Origin: Tubulanus polymorphus
Taxonomy: Eukaryota; Animalia; Nemertea
DNA: 64,000 nucleotides
Direction of reading: 5' to 3'
NCBI RefSeq assembly: GCF_964204645.1
Contig: NC_134033.1
Span: 9,866,655 to 9,930,654, forward strand
The translations under genes and the position numbers were made by a program. The notes under the pieces were generated by a model. It was not told the DNA's origin. It made no database searches and was given only the letters and a program-made list of their open reading frames with translations. Shown here one piece after another: positions 53,759 to 64,000 of the stretch (positions are counted from its first letter, which is position 1; every line of letters starts with the position of its first letter).

Positions 53759-54241
53759 TGAGTTAAAATGCAACAAAATCTCAATCACAATTCAACTAAT
53801 ATTCTGATAGATTTCACAAATTAAGATACATTGAATTATGATATTTTTCTGAAAAAACCTGTCATGTCGACAGTTACCAATAGATGTCATTGTAAATTAC
53901 CCTGAATTATAAACATTTACTTTTGTAAATGGCGGTAGCCATTTGAATGACGGTTGAAAGTTATAAACAACGAAAGGTACGGGTTGGTAAGTATAGGGTA
54001 CCCAGGATCTTTTGCGGGAAGGGGCATCATGAAAATTGTAAATGATAAACTGCTTAAGCGCGTAACGAATATAACGATATGAAGTGAAGCACAGGAGGAC
54101 ACGAGAGGGAGATGTGTCCCCTCTCCCCGCGCAGCGAAAAATTTTGGAAACAAGTCTGTGAGGCTAATGGGTTATTATTTATGTTATTGATGTCATAATC
54201 AAGGATCATGTTTATAAATGAATTATTGTTAATACTTTTAG

Positions 54242-54452
54242 GTGAGGAGTGGCGTGATCAAGGCTTACTTATCAGCTCATGGTTTCACAACGTCAATATG
54301 CATTTTGGTTGTGTTTATTTTTGTGCAAATCTCAATGATTGGACAGGATATATGGCTGCGGAATTGGAGTGATCAATTTACAGCTAATTCTACTCATCAG
54401 AATGAGACAATTCATCAGTTACAAGTGTATGCATCTTTTATGTTTGTGCAAG
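54242..54452 (+). CDS. ABCC1/MRP1-like ABC transporter, internal exon (start of TMD2)
   Basis: AG|GTGAGG...CAAG|GTAAC boundaries. Encodes VRSGVIKAYLSAHG...QDIWLRNWSD...LQVYASFMFVQ, matching the MRP V...VY..Y..A.G / WL..W motif. Confidence 0.85.
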
Positions 54453-55532
54453 GTAACATTTATTTGATATTCCATATGAATATGTATATGGCATGGCCAA
54501 ACTAGGTCATGATGTCATCTAAGATGGCCAACTGTGACTTCACTAAGCACCTGACCTGCAGACGGGCTTGGATACATTCATATTTTGTATTTTCTCGCCA
54601 CCAGGGGATATTGAATATCAAATCATATATACATTGGGTATTTGTATTGGTATGTTGATGTTTTAAATGATTGTTTTGATTTTCAAGGCCATAGGCTTCT
54701 GTATTCATTCCCTAGGATTCGTTGTTTGGCATAATATTGTGGCGTTTCTATTTTTGGTATCGCATATTTTATTACGACAGTTGTACAGTTATAGCTCACA
54801 GTAATTTCTATTATTTGTGTTTGGTTTCGAAGGTTGTTGGTTTCTGTATAGTATGTTCACTAAAAGGAGTTTTGAAATAGAGAGTCCAGCATTACAATCA
54901 TCTATCCTGGTGGTTTTCCTGGACCCCTAGTAATCATTTTGATCTGCAAATCTGCATTTACTTAGTTGCTGCTTAATAATGAGCATATCAAATGTCTAAG
55001 TTTAGATGACAACTGGTTGATCATGTGTACACACTGTCCTTATTGTCTCTTGAATGATCATGAGCTGTGCACATGCACTTTCAATTAGACTTTCCCCGTT
55101 GAAAATCTCACAATTTGTAACAGTAGACCTCATGAAGTATGACGGCATGGAGAAAATGGACCAAATTAACAGGTTTCTTAGAGAAATATAGACATGTTCA
55201 TTTGAGGTGAGATTAGGATGTAGAGGATGAAAGACAAAATAGGCACACTCATTTTGTTGTGGTGACAGCAAGTCTTTTCATATACTGCATTTGTTTTTAT
55301 TTTGCTATTGTAATGGCCAAAATGGATCATGGCTGGTCCACAAATTTGGATGAATTCAATGAAATGTGTTCAGCAGATGAACATACATTTTCTGTCGCTT
55401 TTTCGTACATTGTATTTCACAGTTTCTAATCCAGTGCTTGCACTTTCCATGTTGTCTGGTCACTTTTATGCAGGCCATAACAGAATGTTGGAAAGTTTGC
55501 CCATCTTCCAGGTGAGCAGCAGTGTGTGAATA

Positions 55533-57099
55533 CAGGGTTCGTCGCGGTGCTTGAAAAGCTTGAAATGGCTTGAATTTGAGAAATACTACTCAAGCCCTTG
55601 AAAAAAGCTTGAAATAATTATTTTTGACTTGAAATAAAAAGATATGGCTTGAAATGCTTGATTTTCTCAAATTTCCTTCTTCGCGAATTTTTTTCAATGA
55701 AATCGCAGACAGAATACGTTCTTGAGTCGTTTTTATGCGTGCATCCATAAAGAAATTAATTGAATTGTATTGAATCGCGAGACTCGCTTGCACTGCGACT
55801 TGTGGTGAAACTCTCCGGTGTCTGGAGACTTGAACATATGGGGAAATTTCAGTCATGCATGTTATCGAGCATTGATGTAAAATGGCATTGAAATCCCACA
55901 CCAGGTGTGGGAGCCATGTTGAAGGCACGGCGACCTAGTCAAATTCATTTAACATTACAAATTTCGTATTAGGCCATCCCAAAATAATGGTCTGTTTGTC
56001 GTCACCCGACCAACCCGACTTCAAAGGTACTGAGTGGAAACTTTTTTCTTGGATTCATTGAAATAAATTTTATTTTTGATACAAATGTAATGTTATAGCG
56101 TGCATATATTCAATCTACTGTTTCATTTTGAACGCAGATTTGGGATATTGTTTCCAATAAAAGAGGTGATAAATTTGTTATAAACTGGTGTGATAAACTG
56201 GTTTCATCTCTCAGGGATGAGAATTCCATGAGAATTCCCTGCGGATCCGCAGATTTCGGTATTGAAAAATATCAATTTTCTAAATAGTCCAAAAATGATG
56301 TAAAAGTATGGGGGGTGATGATTCAATTGGTCTGGCGCGATCGGTAATCAGGTGAACCGTAAAAGCGTTCAGATCCTGTTTTACTTATCGTCGCGTAAAA
56401 GTATCGCATTTCAATGCATATTCATTGCAACACTTGATTTTGTATCTACTACGATGAGTGTGAATGAATTTTATCGATCGGTTGCAGACACATGCACGCA
56501 GCAACAGTAGTAATGTACATAGGCCTACTTACTGTTGCCGCGCGTGTGTGGCGAACGCCTTCAGATATTATACACTACTGGGTGATGATTTTTAGTGAGC
56601 ATTCATCGGCGCGTTTTAACTGCAATAATTCAGGACTCGACCCGTAATGCATGAGATGCTGAATGTCATCGAATGAGGATGTACCACATTGGAACTAGCC
56701 ATTACCTTCCAAAATATAATAGTCGTTCATGGGTTCAAGATCGCTCTAAGTGCTCGGAAAACGCATTAAATTTCTCAAATTTTCCTTCGACGCTCGTGAG
56801 TGCTGACGGCTTAGCCGTCAGCTGGTTCGCGTGTGCAACTCAACAACAACAAAACCTGCAGATTTTATAGGTCGGCGTTCTCATTTCTGATCTCTAACAG
56901 AATCATATCAACTCGGAGGTTCCACTGGAATCGAAATTTTACCTCTTTTTTAACATTTTTTACAAACCTGTTAAAAATAGGCAAATGGCTGCGACTATCA
57001 AAAATTGCTTCCAACGTGCCTGAAAAAATAGCTTGAAAATGGTATAAATCTAGCTTGAAATGGCTTGAATTTCACCTGAGCTTGAGACAATGAACCCTG
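55533..57099. mobile_element. Non-autonomous hAT-type element with 5-bp TSD (hAT5-like)
   Basis: TIRs CAGGGTTC...GAACCCTG, subterminal GCTTGAAA repeats at both ends, and TSD GAATA (55528-55532 and 57100-57104). Confidence 0.85.
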
Positions 57100-57380
57100 G
57101 AATAATCCAGAACACTACTGCAATGCTGAAAATGGATTTGATGTACAGTATTATTTACTGTTCACATGAAGTATGTGAATAAAGTTAATAAGATACACAC
57201 ATTAGTTTGATTAATCATACGTACACAAATTGTTTAATTTATTTAGAGTGTAACAGTAAAATATGCTCTCATGATGATGGCCTTCAAGGTATTTGTTGAG
57301 AACATGCTGCCCCATGTCTACTATCGGATAGTCGGTTATCGCACCTTAAATAGTATCATATTTGAAATAAAAACCTTTGG

Positions 57381-57437
57381 TTTCGTTAGGCCGATCCAAG
57401 GATTTGGTGATTTCGTTAGGCCGATCCAAGGATTTGG
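57381..57437. repeat. 30-bp tandem duplication
   Basis: TTTCGTTAGGCCGATCCAAGGATTTGG occurs twice. Confidence 0.9.
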
Positions 57438-57822
57438 GATAGCCAGTTTCAATGTAGCCTAACTTATAATGCCCCTAAAAGCAACTTTGATCAGAACTAC
57501 TAGTAGAATTTGAGTTGCACTCATATGTGGTAAATGGATAATGAAATCGAAATACACAATACACACATTTGAAAGATAAAAAATTTAATTCATTTGATCA
57601 AAATGGTACTTGAAACTTGAAATTTATTCCATCAAAAATTAAAAGACTTTCTTTCACTCTAGAGAGTTTTGTCAGGTGTGTTTAATCAAATACAAACCTG
57701 TTTTGATACCAGAAAAACCGTAGAAATCTTCAGAGGGTTAATGTACTCTCGAGCAAGCTTTTCTTGTCCATGGCACCTTTTGAGTTATCTCAAAGGAATA
57801 TTTTATACCTTTTTATTTCTAG

Positions 57823-58133
57823 CTTTGTTAGTTATGTTAAGCAGTGTACTATTGTCTCTGTCTTCTGTCAAAGCTGCTTCGGCTCTACATCGAACCCTTA
57901 TGCTACGTATCTTCCACGCGCCAATGACATTTTTTGACACAACTCCTATTGGTCGAATACTGAATCGCTTTACAAAGGATATTGACACCGTGGATGTGTT
58001 AATTCATGAATCGGTGGATGAATTTCTGCGACGGGGAGGTGCTGTTGTTGGAAGTGTTGTTGTTATTGCAATTGGTACACCATTGTTTTTATCCTTGCTT
58101 ATACCTCTTGCCATCGTCTTCATTATATTACAG
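57823..58133 (+). CDS. ABCC1/MRP1-like, internal exon
   Basis: TAG|CT...CAG|GTAAAT boundaries with compatible phase. Encodes LHRTLMLRIFHAPMTFFDTTPIGRILNRFTKDIDTVD, an ABCC signature. Confidence 0.93.
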
Positions 58134-58735
58134 GTAAATATGATCCTTTTATTGAAATCGTGAAAGTGCATTGTAGGGGTGGAAGGTCTTCCAAAGCAAA
58201 ATAGATAAGACGAATCTATCTTTCTCTTGGTTCCAATGAAGTGTTTTTCTAGCTACTTTCCACTTTGAGAGACAGATGCCCACACTTGTAGTCCTTGACA
58301 TCCTTCTATTGATGGTCAGCTTGATGAAATGTAATGATTATGTCAAATTTTCACCCGATCTCAATATGCCTCTTTGCCTAGAGTTGATTGGAAATGCAGA
58401 TTTTGTGCAATATTATTTTGTCAGTTTCTATAGTCAATACGAGAGGGGCATTAATGTTGTTCAAACTTAATTCATTTTCTAAGACAATATGTGTTATCCG
58501 ATGTTGATAGACCATTGTAAGTGCTTGTCGACTTTCATGAAATTGATATGATACTAAATAAATATCCTGATTTAGGTAGCATGGAAAGAAATCTGCAAGA
58601 ATATGCTTTTTATGCTTTAGGTTTAATTTAATGATTGCAATCTTCTGTGAAATCCTATTTTCCCGATTATTACATTTTAGGAGGATATGTGTTGTATTTG
58701 GCTTTTCGTTAATCTGATTCAGTTTGTACTTCCAG

Positions 58736-58935
58736 CGTGTTTATATGCCTACAACACGCCAGTTGACACGCCTCGAGTCAAATAGCAGATCTCCGATCTA
58801 CTCACATTTCTCTGAAACTCTGTTTGGCCTATCAACTATACGAGCATTCAAGCAAGTCAACAACTTCATCGATGAATCCCATCAAAGGATCAATGATAAT
58901 AATGTGTTTCATTACCATAATATCATTTCTAATTT
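58736..58935 (+). CDS. ABCC1/MRP1-like, internal exon (200 bp)
   Basis: CAG|CGT...TT|GTAAG boundaries. Encodes RVYMPTTRQLTRLESNSRSPIYSHFSETLFGLSTIRAF. Confidence 0.93.
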
Positions 58936-59229
58936 GTAAGTGATCCGCTCCAGTTACTTGAAAGAAATACTATCAATTACTTCTTACATTCAAGTCCCCT
59001 GGTTAAAGTAAGATCAGCCTGGATTTAATGCTCTGTGTTGTCAGTTTCTGTACAATTTGCAGTATGGGACTTTCTTACCAACATTAAACATGGATTATGG
59101 GGTTTATTCATCCATGCTTTGCATCTTGGATTCAGGGAATTGATATCTGTTTCCATTGAAACTGGTGCACTTGTATATAACATGGATGTTTGAACATCTC
59201 ATGTGTATTTAGTTGAAGCATTTGATAGT

Positions 59230-59474
59230 CTGCTCATTACAGATGGTTGGCGACACAGCTAGAATTTATTGGAAATCTAGTAATACTATTTGCTGTATTA
59301 TTTGTGGTAATTGCTCGTGATTCTATAACTCCTGGAACAGTTGGTTTATGTCACCTGCTCATTACAGATGGTTGGCGACACAGCTAGAATTTATTGGAAA
59401 TCTAGTAATACTATTTGCTGTATTATTTGTGGTAATTGCTCGTGATTCTATAACTCCTGGAACAGTTGGTTTAT
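59230..59474 (+). repeat. Tandem duplication (120-bp copies, 125-bp period) of a splice acceptor plus most of an exon
   Basis: 59230-59349 matches 59355-59474, separated by GTCAC. Confidence 0.95.
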
Positions 59475-59494
59475 CTGTGACATACGCCATGACG
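59368..59494 (+). CDS. ABCC1/MRP1-like, internal exon (127 bp; complete copy)
   Basis: CAG|ATGG...ACG|GTAAGC boundaries. Encodes WLATQLEFIGNLVILFAVLFVVIARDSITPGTVGLSVTYAMT. Its phases fit both neighbouring exons. Confidence 0.85.
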
Positions 59495-60729
59495 GTAAGC
59501 ATTGACATCTAATTTTTTTTCATCACAGGTTTGATGGCATTTCCATTTATCTAATTAGGTGGTCATCTTTGCTATATTATGTACATTTTCTCACATTAAG
59601 GACCTCGCACCGACATATGACAGCCATATAATTCAGGGTTGTTTCTCACAAAATATGATACTGTTGATGATACATTTCAGGTCTCGAATTTGGGAAAATC
59701 AGACCTGGAGCAAGAGCATTTCAAAATGCTAAAGCAACCCAGAGCATTTTACCAAAGACCATCAGCATTTTAGAATCCCAATTTGCCTCCGTAAATCAAA
59801 AAACCCACGGCAAAAAATGTGACACAGAATAAATGTACAGAAGAATTTTAGGGGTACTATATAATACAATGTCAGTTATTGATTAAATAGAAAGAGTGAG
59901 AGAATCCAGAACAACAAAGATACTTATTTTATTAGGATGTGATACAAAAGTAGGGGTAGGCCTAGTAATAAATCATAAAATTAATAAAAGATAAAACCAT
60001 TCCAAACTAAACAAATTTGAAGGGGATAATGCAATACTGTATTTAAGCCGATGGCAGTTTTTAGCCTAAAAATACATAAGCTAGATCTTATGAAACTCGC
60101 CCAATTACCCTTTGTCGGATAATTTAATTCACTGATTTGTCAATTCGTTTGTCTTAATTGAGGATGTAAGAGGCTGAAAAACACTAAGCATAATAGTCAC
60201 CGAGCCGATGTGTTTATTCATCGCCGTGACTATTCTATACATGCGATTATTGAAACCTATATACACAGACACATGCGCGACTCACTGCTGACGCCGCCCG
60301 TATTTCTTATAGATGTATGCTGGGCATTGTTTATCAGTAAATCTGTATGGAGCTCTGACTGAAGTTAGATAAATAGGTCAAGTGGCAGCGCTAATTTATA
60401 TTTTATAATGCAGCGTCAAGAACTGCGGGTGATTGACGGCTGACCTATATTGTGAACCAGGTGTGCCGCGGGTTATTTATATCACCTACGGCAATAATAG
60501 AAATAAATACACCGGCGGCATTTCATTGCCGCCGGTAAGGAGACCAACCAGCAGCAGTGGTTGTGTAGCCAGTGGCAAATGCCGCCGCTGCCGCCGTTAA
60601 TGTCGAGGCCTGCATTTGTCATGGAGCGGATTTCCAAATGCCCGAGTCCCGCCTGTTCTACTGCCACTTGTAGTACTGCACTGAAAGCAGCACCGATCAG
60701 CTGATTCCTTTGTTACCACAGATGACTAA

Positions 60730-61165
60730 AAACAAACGATCAATTAAGAACACTGATAGCATTTATTAACCAGATGAATGTCTCTAATGATTCAGCACTA
60801 CCGACTGAATATATACAGGATATAAATTTATATATACTAACATAACTAATTTTCAGCTACATTACATGTCACATGATAATACTCTGAGCCAATATTTAAA
60901 TCATCAAGAAAAAAAGGCGGGAACTAGAAATGGCGGGAATCTAGTTAATTTCGGAAATAAACCGGGCCAGGCCAGGCCTAAATCAATGCATTACAATAAA
61001 CAATACAAGGATATACATAATAATATACAAACAATATAGAAGACAACTCACCTAAATAAACAAACGATCAATTAAGAACACTGATAGCATTTATTAACCA
61101 GATGAATGTCTCTAATGATTCAGCACTACCGACTGAATATATACAGGATATACATTTATATATAC
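60730..61165. repeat. 108-bp direct repeat pair
   Basis: 60730-60837 is nearly identical to 61058-61165. Confidence 0.9.
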
Positions 61166-61209
61166 CCAAAGTAGAGGGCACCACACTACGAATGAACAGG
61201 AAGAGGAAT

Positions 61210-61850
61210 CATCATCATCATCATCAGTGCCCTAGCCGTGGGGGCCGTCGGCGCATCACAGCTCGCACAGTATGTTGCCAATGCTTCCTGTCTGGCCTGC
61301 TTTAGTAAGGTTGGTAGATTCTGGCCGCACCACTCTTTCACATCATCCAGCCACCATCGCTTTGGTCTGCCTCGCTTTCGTTGGCCGTCAACAGAGCCTT
61401 GTAGAATGGCATTGGTAAGCGTGCCAGTAGCGCGGTAAACATGGCCAAACCATAGAAGCTTTCTCTTTTTGGCCATGTCAAGGAAGCTGTCATGGGTCCC
61501 GATGAGCTGCTGTATTCTCTCACTGACTTCCTCATTTGAAGTATGGCTGGTCCAGTGAATGTTCAGGATGCGCCTCTAGCAATTCATTTCGAAGGCTGCA
61601 ATCTGTTTGCAAAGCTCAGCATTCAGAGTCCAAGATTCTGAGGCATATAGCAGGACTGACACTACAAGAGAATGAAGCAGGTGCACTTTGGTCTTCGACA
61701 AAATGCTGTGATTGCGCCAGATGGGTTTCAGCCTGCCAAGGGCAGCAGTTGCCTTCGCAATCCTCGCCTTGACTTCCTTCACGGAGCTACCATCCTCAGT
61801 CACTATCGCGCCGAGGTATGTAAACTCGGACACTTGCTCCAGCTCAGTCA
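61210..61850 (-). mobile_element. 5'-truncated RTE-clade LINE
   Basis: LEQVSEFTYLG...EVKARIAKA...VLLYASESWTL and KRKLLWFGHV...KRGRPKRWWLD are RTE RT C-terminal motifs. A (TGA)n 3' tail lies at 61210-61226. Confidence 0.9.
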
Positions 61851-62418
61851 ACAGGAATGCTCCAATAAAAATAACACCCTGTGACACATTACTTAATTCC
61901 GATTGAGGACAATAGGTTGTACTGGATATAACCGTAGGCATGGAATAGAAAAGTATGTCAAGCTCATTCGAAAATCATTACTATGAGTACTGCACTTTTA
62001 TTAACTAACATTTGTGACGTATATAACAAAGTGTAATCAAATAAATTGAACTGCAAACAGAAAGATAATTCAAGACATGCAAGGGTATGGAAAAATTATG
62101 AATGAACATTTAACAAAAATTAGGCATGAAGTTTAACTATAGAAAACAGCGGCATGTGGATGAATCTAGAGGATTTGACCCTTCATTGAAAAACCTGCAG
62201 ACCTCCTGATAAATCTTGTAATTGGTAGCTCATGACATATTCATTTATAGGTAGTGAGTGTGGTTGCAAATATTGAAATAATATGATATATCCAGATAAT
62301 TAACATGTTGGGTCGTTAAAGATTGTATTCAACAGATATGGAATATGTTGGGATGATGTTTTTGTGTATCTAGTTTTTCATGATGAATTATATACATATG
62401 TCTTTATGTCTCATATAG

Positions 62419-62520
62419 GTAACCAAATCATTGTATTGGTTCGTAAAATCTACTTGTGACATGGAGGTGCAGATTATATCAGTTGAAAGAATTAAAGAAT
62501 ACAGTGAAATTCCATCGGAA
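62419..62520 (+). CDS. ABCC1/MRP1-like, internal exon (102 bp, end of TMD2)
   Basis: TAG|GTA...GAA|GTAAGT boundaries. Encodes VTKSLYWFVKSTCDMEVQIISVERIKEYSEIPSE (SVERI.EY motif). Confidence 0.9.
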
Positions 62521-62526
62521 GTAAGT

Positions 62527-63593
62527 CAGGGTTCGTAGCGGGTCTTACAAGTGCTTAAAAGTGCTTATTTTGAAAAATGAATTGTTAAGGGCTTTTATAA
62601 GTGCTTATTTTTACTAAAATCTATTCAAAGTGCTTATTAGTGCTTATATTTTGTGATTTTGGTTGGCTGGAGATATTTTGTTATTCTGCCGGTCTGGCTA
62701 AAAATAGTCTGCCGATGTATGTATGTCCTTCACACACGCATCACTCAGACTGCTGCTGTCTGGTTATTGATCTAACGCCAAAATCACGCCTAGTTGTGTG
62801 ACCTAGTTACAGTTTTCCAAGAAACTGGCTACCTTCCAACTTATAGCTACCAATCATTCTAGCAACTGCAGCAGTTTAAGAACAAACCTGCCATGTGCTA
62901 GCGAGTCATGGGGAAAATCCATTACCATATATATCATCAAAGTTGAATATGCTTGTGACAGTGGTGTTGTGCACAAAGATTTCATCTTTATACGTTGTTG
63001 CGAATCCCAGAACAAATCTATTTTTGTGCTCAGAGGTAAATTGTACTCAGTTGATCCTACTGGACTCCATGTCCTTGATCAGATGTTTGCATGAATTGTG
63101 AATTTTTAAGCGGAAAAATATTTCTTTTGATGGTTGAAAATACCTTGATACAACTGTTGTTGCCTTAGATTACTTGACCTGGATCCGTGCCATGTAGATG
63201 ATGCGTTATTCCAAAGAGCCCCTTAGCACAGATGATTTTGGAAGGAGTTGATCGGTATAGTTAGATATGGAAAGCTCTTGGTAGGGCTCTATTTATTGTT
63301 GAAGAAATGGAAAACTAAATCATCGAATATGAATCTATTTTAAATGATTGCCCATTAACTCATGATTCCTTATACATTATGAATCATTCACTCCTCCTGC
63401 TCATCTGTTACACAGTAGAAAGGTAACTAACCACAATGCTGTCACTTGGGTGCACTTTCAGTGACACAAAAAGCAACGGGTACAACTTTTCAAAATTTCT
63501 AGCCTGATTTTCCTGTAAAAAGTGCTTATTTTGGTTTGAAATAAGTACTTATAAGTGCTTATTTTGACCATAGCCTTACAAATATGAACCCTG
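62527..63593. mobile_element. Non-autonomous hAT-type element with 5-bp TSD (hAT5-like)
   Basis: TIRs CAGGGTTC...GAACCCTG, subterminal AAGTGCTTA repeats, and TSD TAAGT (62522-62526 and 63594-63598). Confidence 0.88.
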
Positions 63594-64000
63594 TAAGTAG
63601 TGTATTAAGTATTGCATATGCATATGCAAGTGTTGAGCCACACACATTAGGCGGAATGGGTGCCCATCGCTTGTGGTGCGCAGGGATTGTCAAATTATGC
63701 AAACCAATCAAAAAAGTTATATTTCAACACATGATATTGATGAAATAAAAGAACACACTCTAATCTGGGGAACTGCATCAACTTTTGGAATGGTATATGG
63801 TTCTTAATTATCATGATTCCATTTTGAGTTCATTCACACAATGGACGATTAGGTGTACAGAGACTTGCATCAACTCCAATATTAAATTTTTATAAGGTTA
63901 CCTCCAGATAATCTGTTATCACCATAGTAAATCATTCTCAAATTCCAACACACACATATATACATTCTCAAGAAGTTTTAATGGCTAGCATCAGTTATAC

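Overview
AT-rich metazoan genomic DNA, probably from an invertebrate. Bases ~330-23220 are one tandem array of about 31 copies of a ~750-bp satellite monomer, with two length subtypes and duplicated higher-order blocks. Right after it is a small insertion with a 13-bp flanking duplication, 63-bp inverted arms and a minimal hammerhead-ribozyme core (Penelope-like). Bases ~23.8-52.4 kb are a dense transposon nest. It contains a Helitron/Helentron-type non-autonomous element with 154-bp repeats, a probable Zator 5' half, and one intact young Ty3/Gypsy element (LTRs, PBS, PPT, 5-bp TSD, 1324-aa gag-pol). It also holds degraded MULE, piggyBac, BEL/Pao, Gypsy, Sola and PIF1 remnants, plus a Copia>Gypsy>piggyBac nest split by a ~4-kb inversion with a ~936-bp inverted duplication. 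From 54.2 kb, five + strand exons encode part of the second membrane-spanning domain of an ABCC1/MRP1-like transporter. Its introns hold hAT-type elements with 5-bp TSDs, an RTE LINE fragment and a partial tandem duplication of one exon. No upstream exons of this gene were found in the window. All family assignments come from motif recognition by eye, not from database searches.
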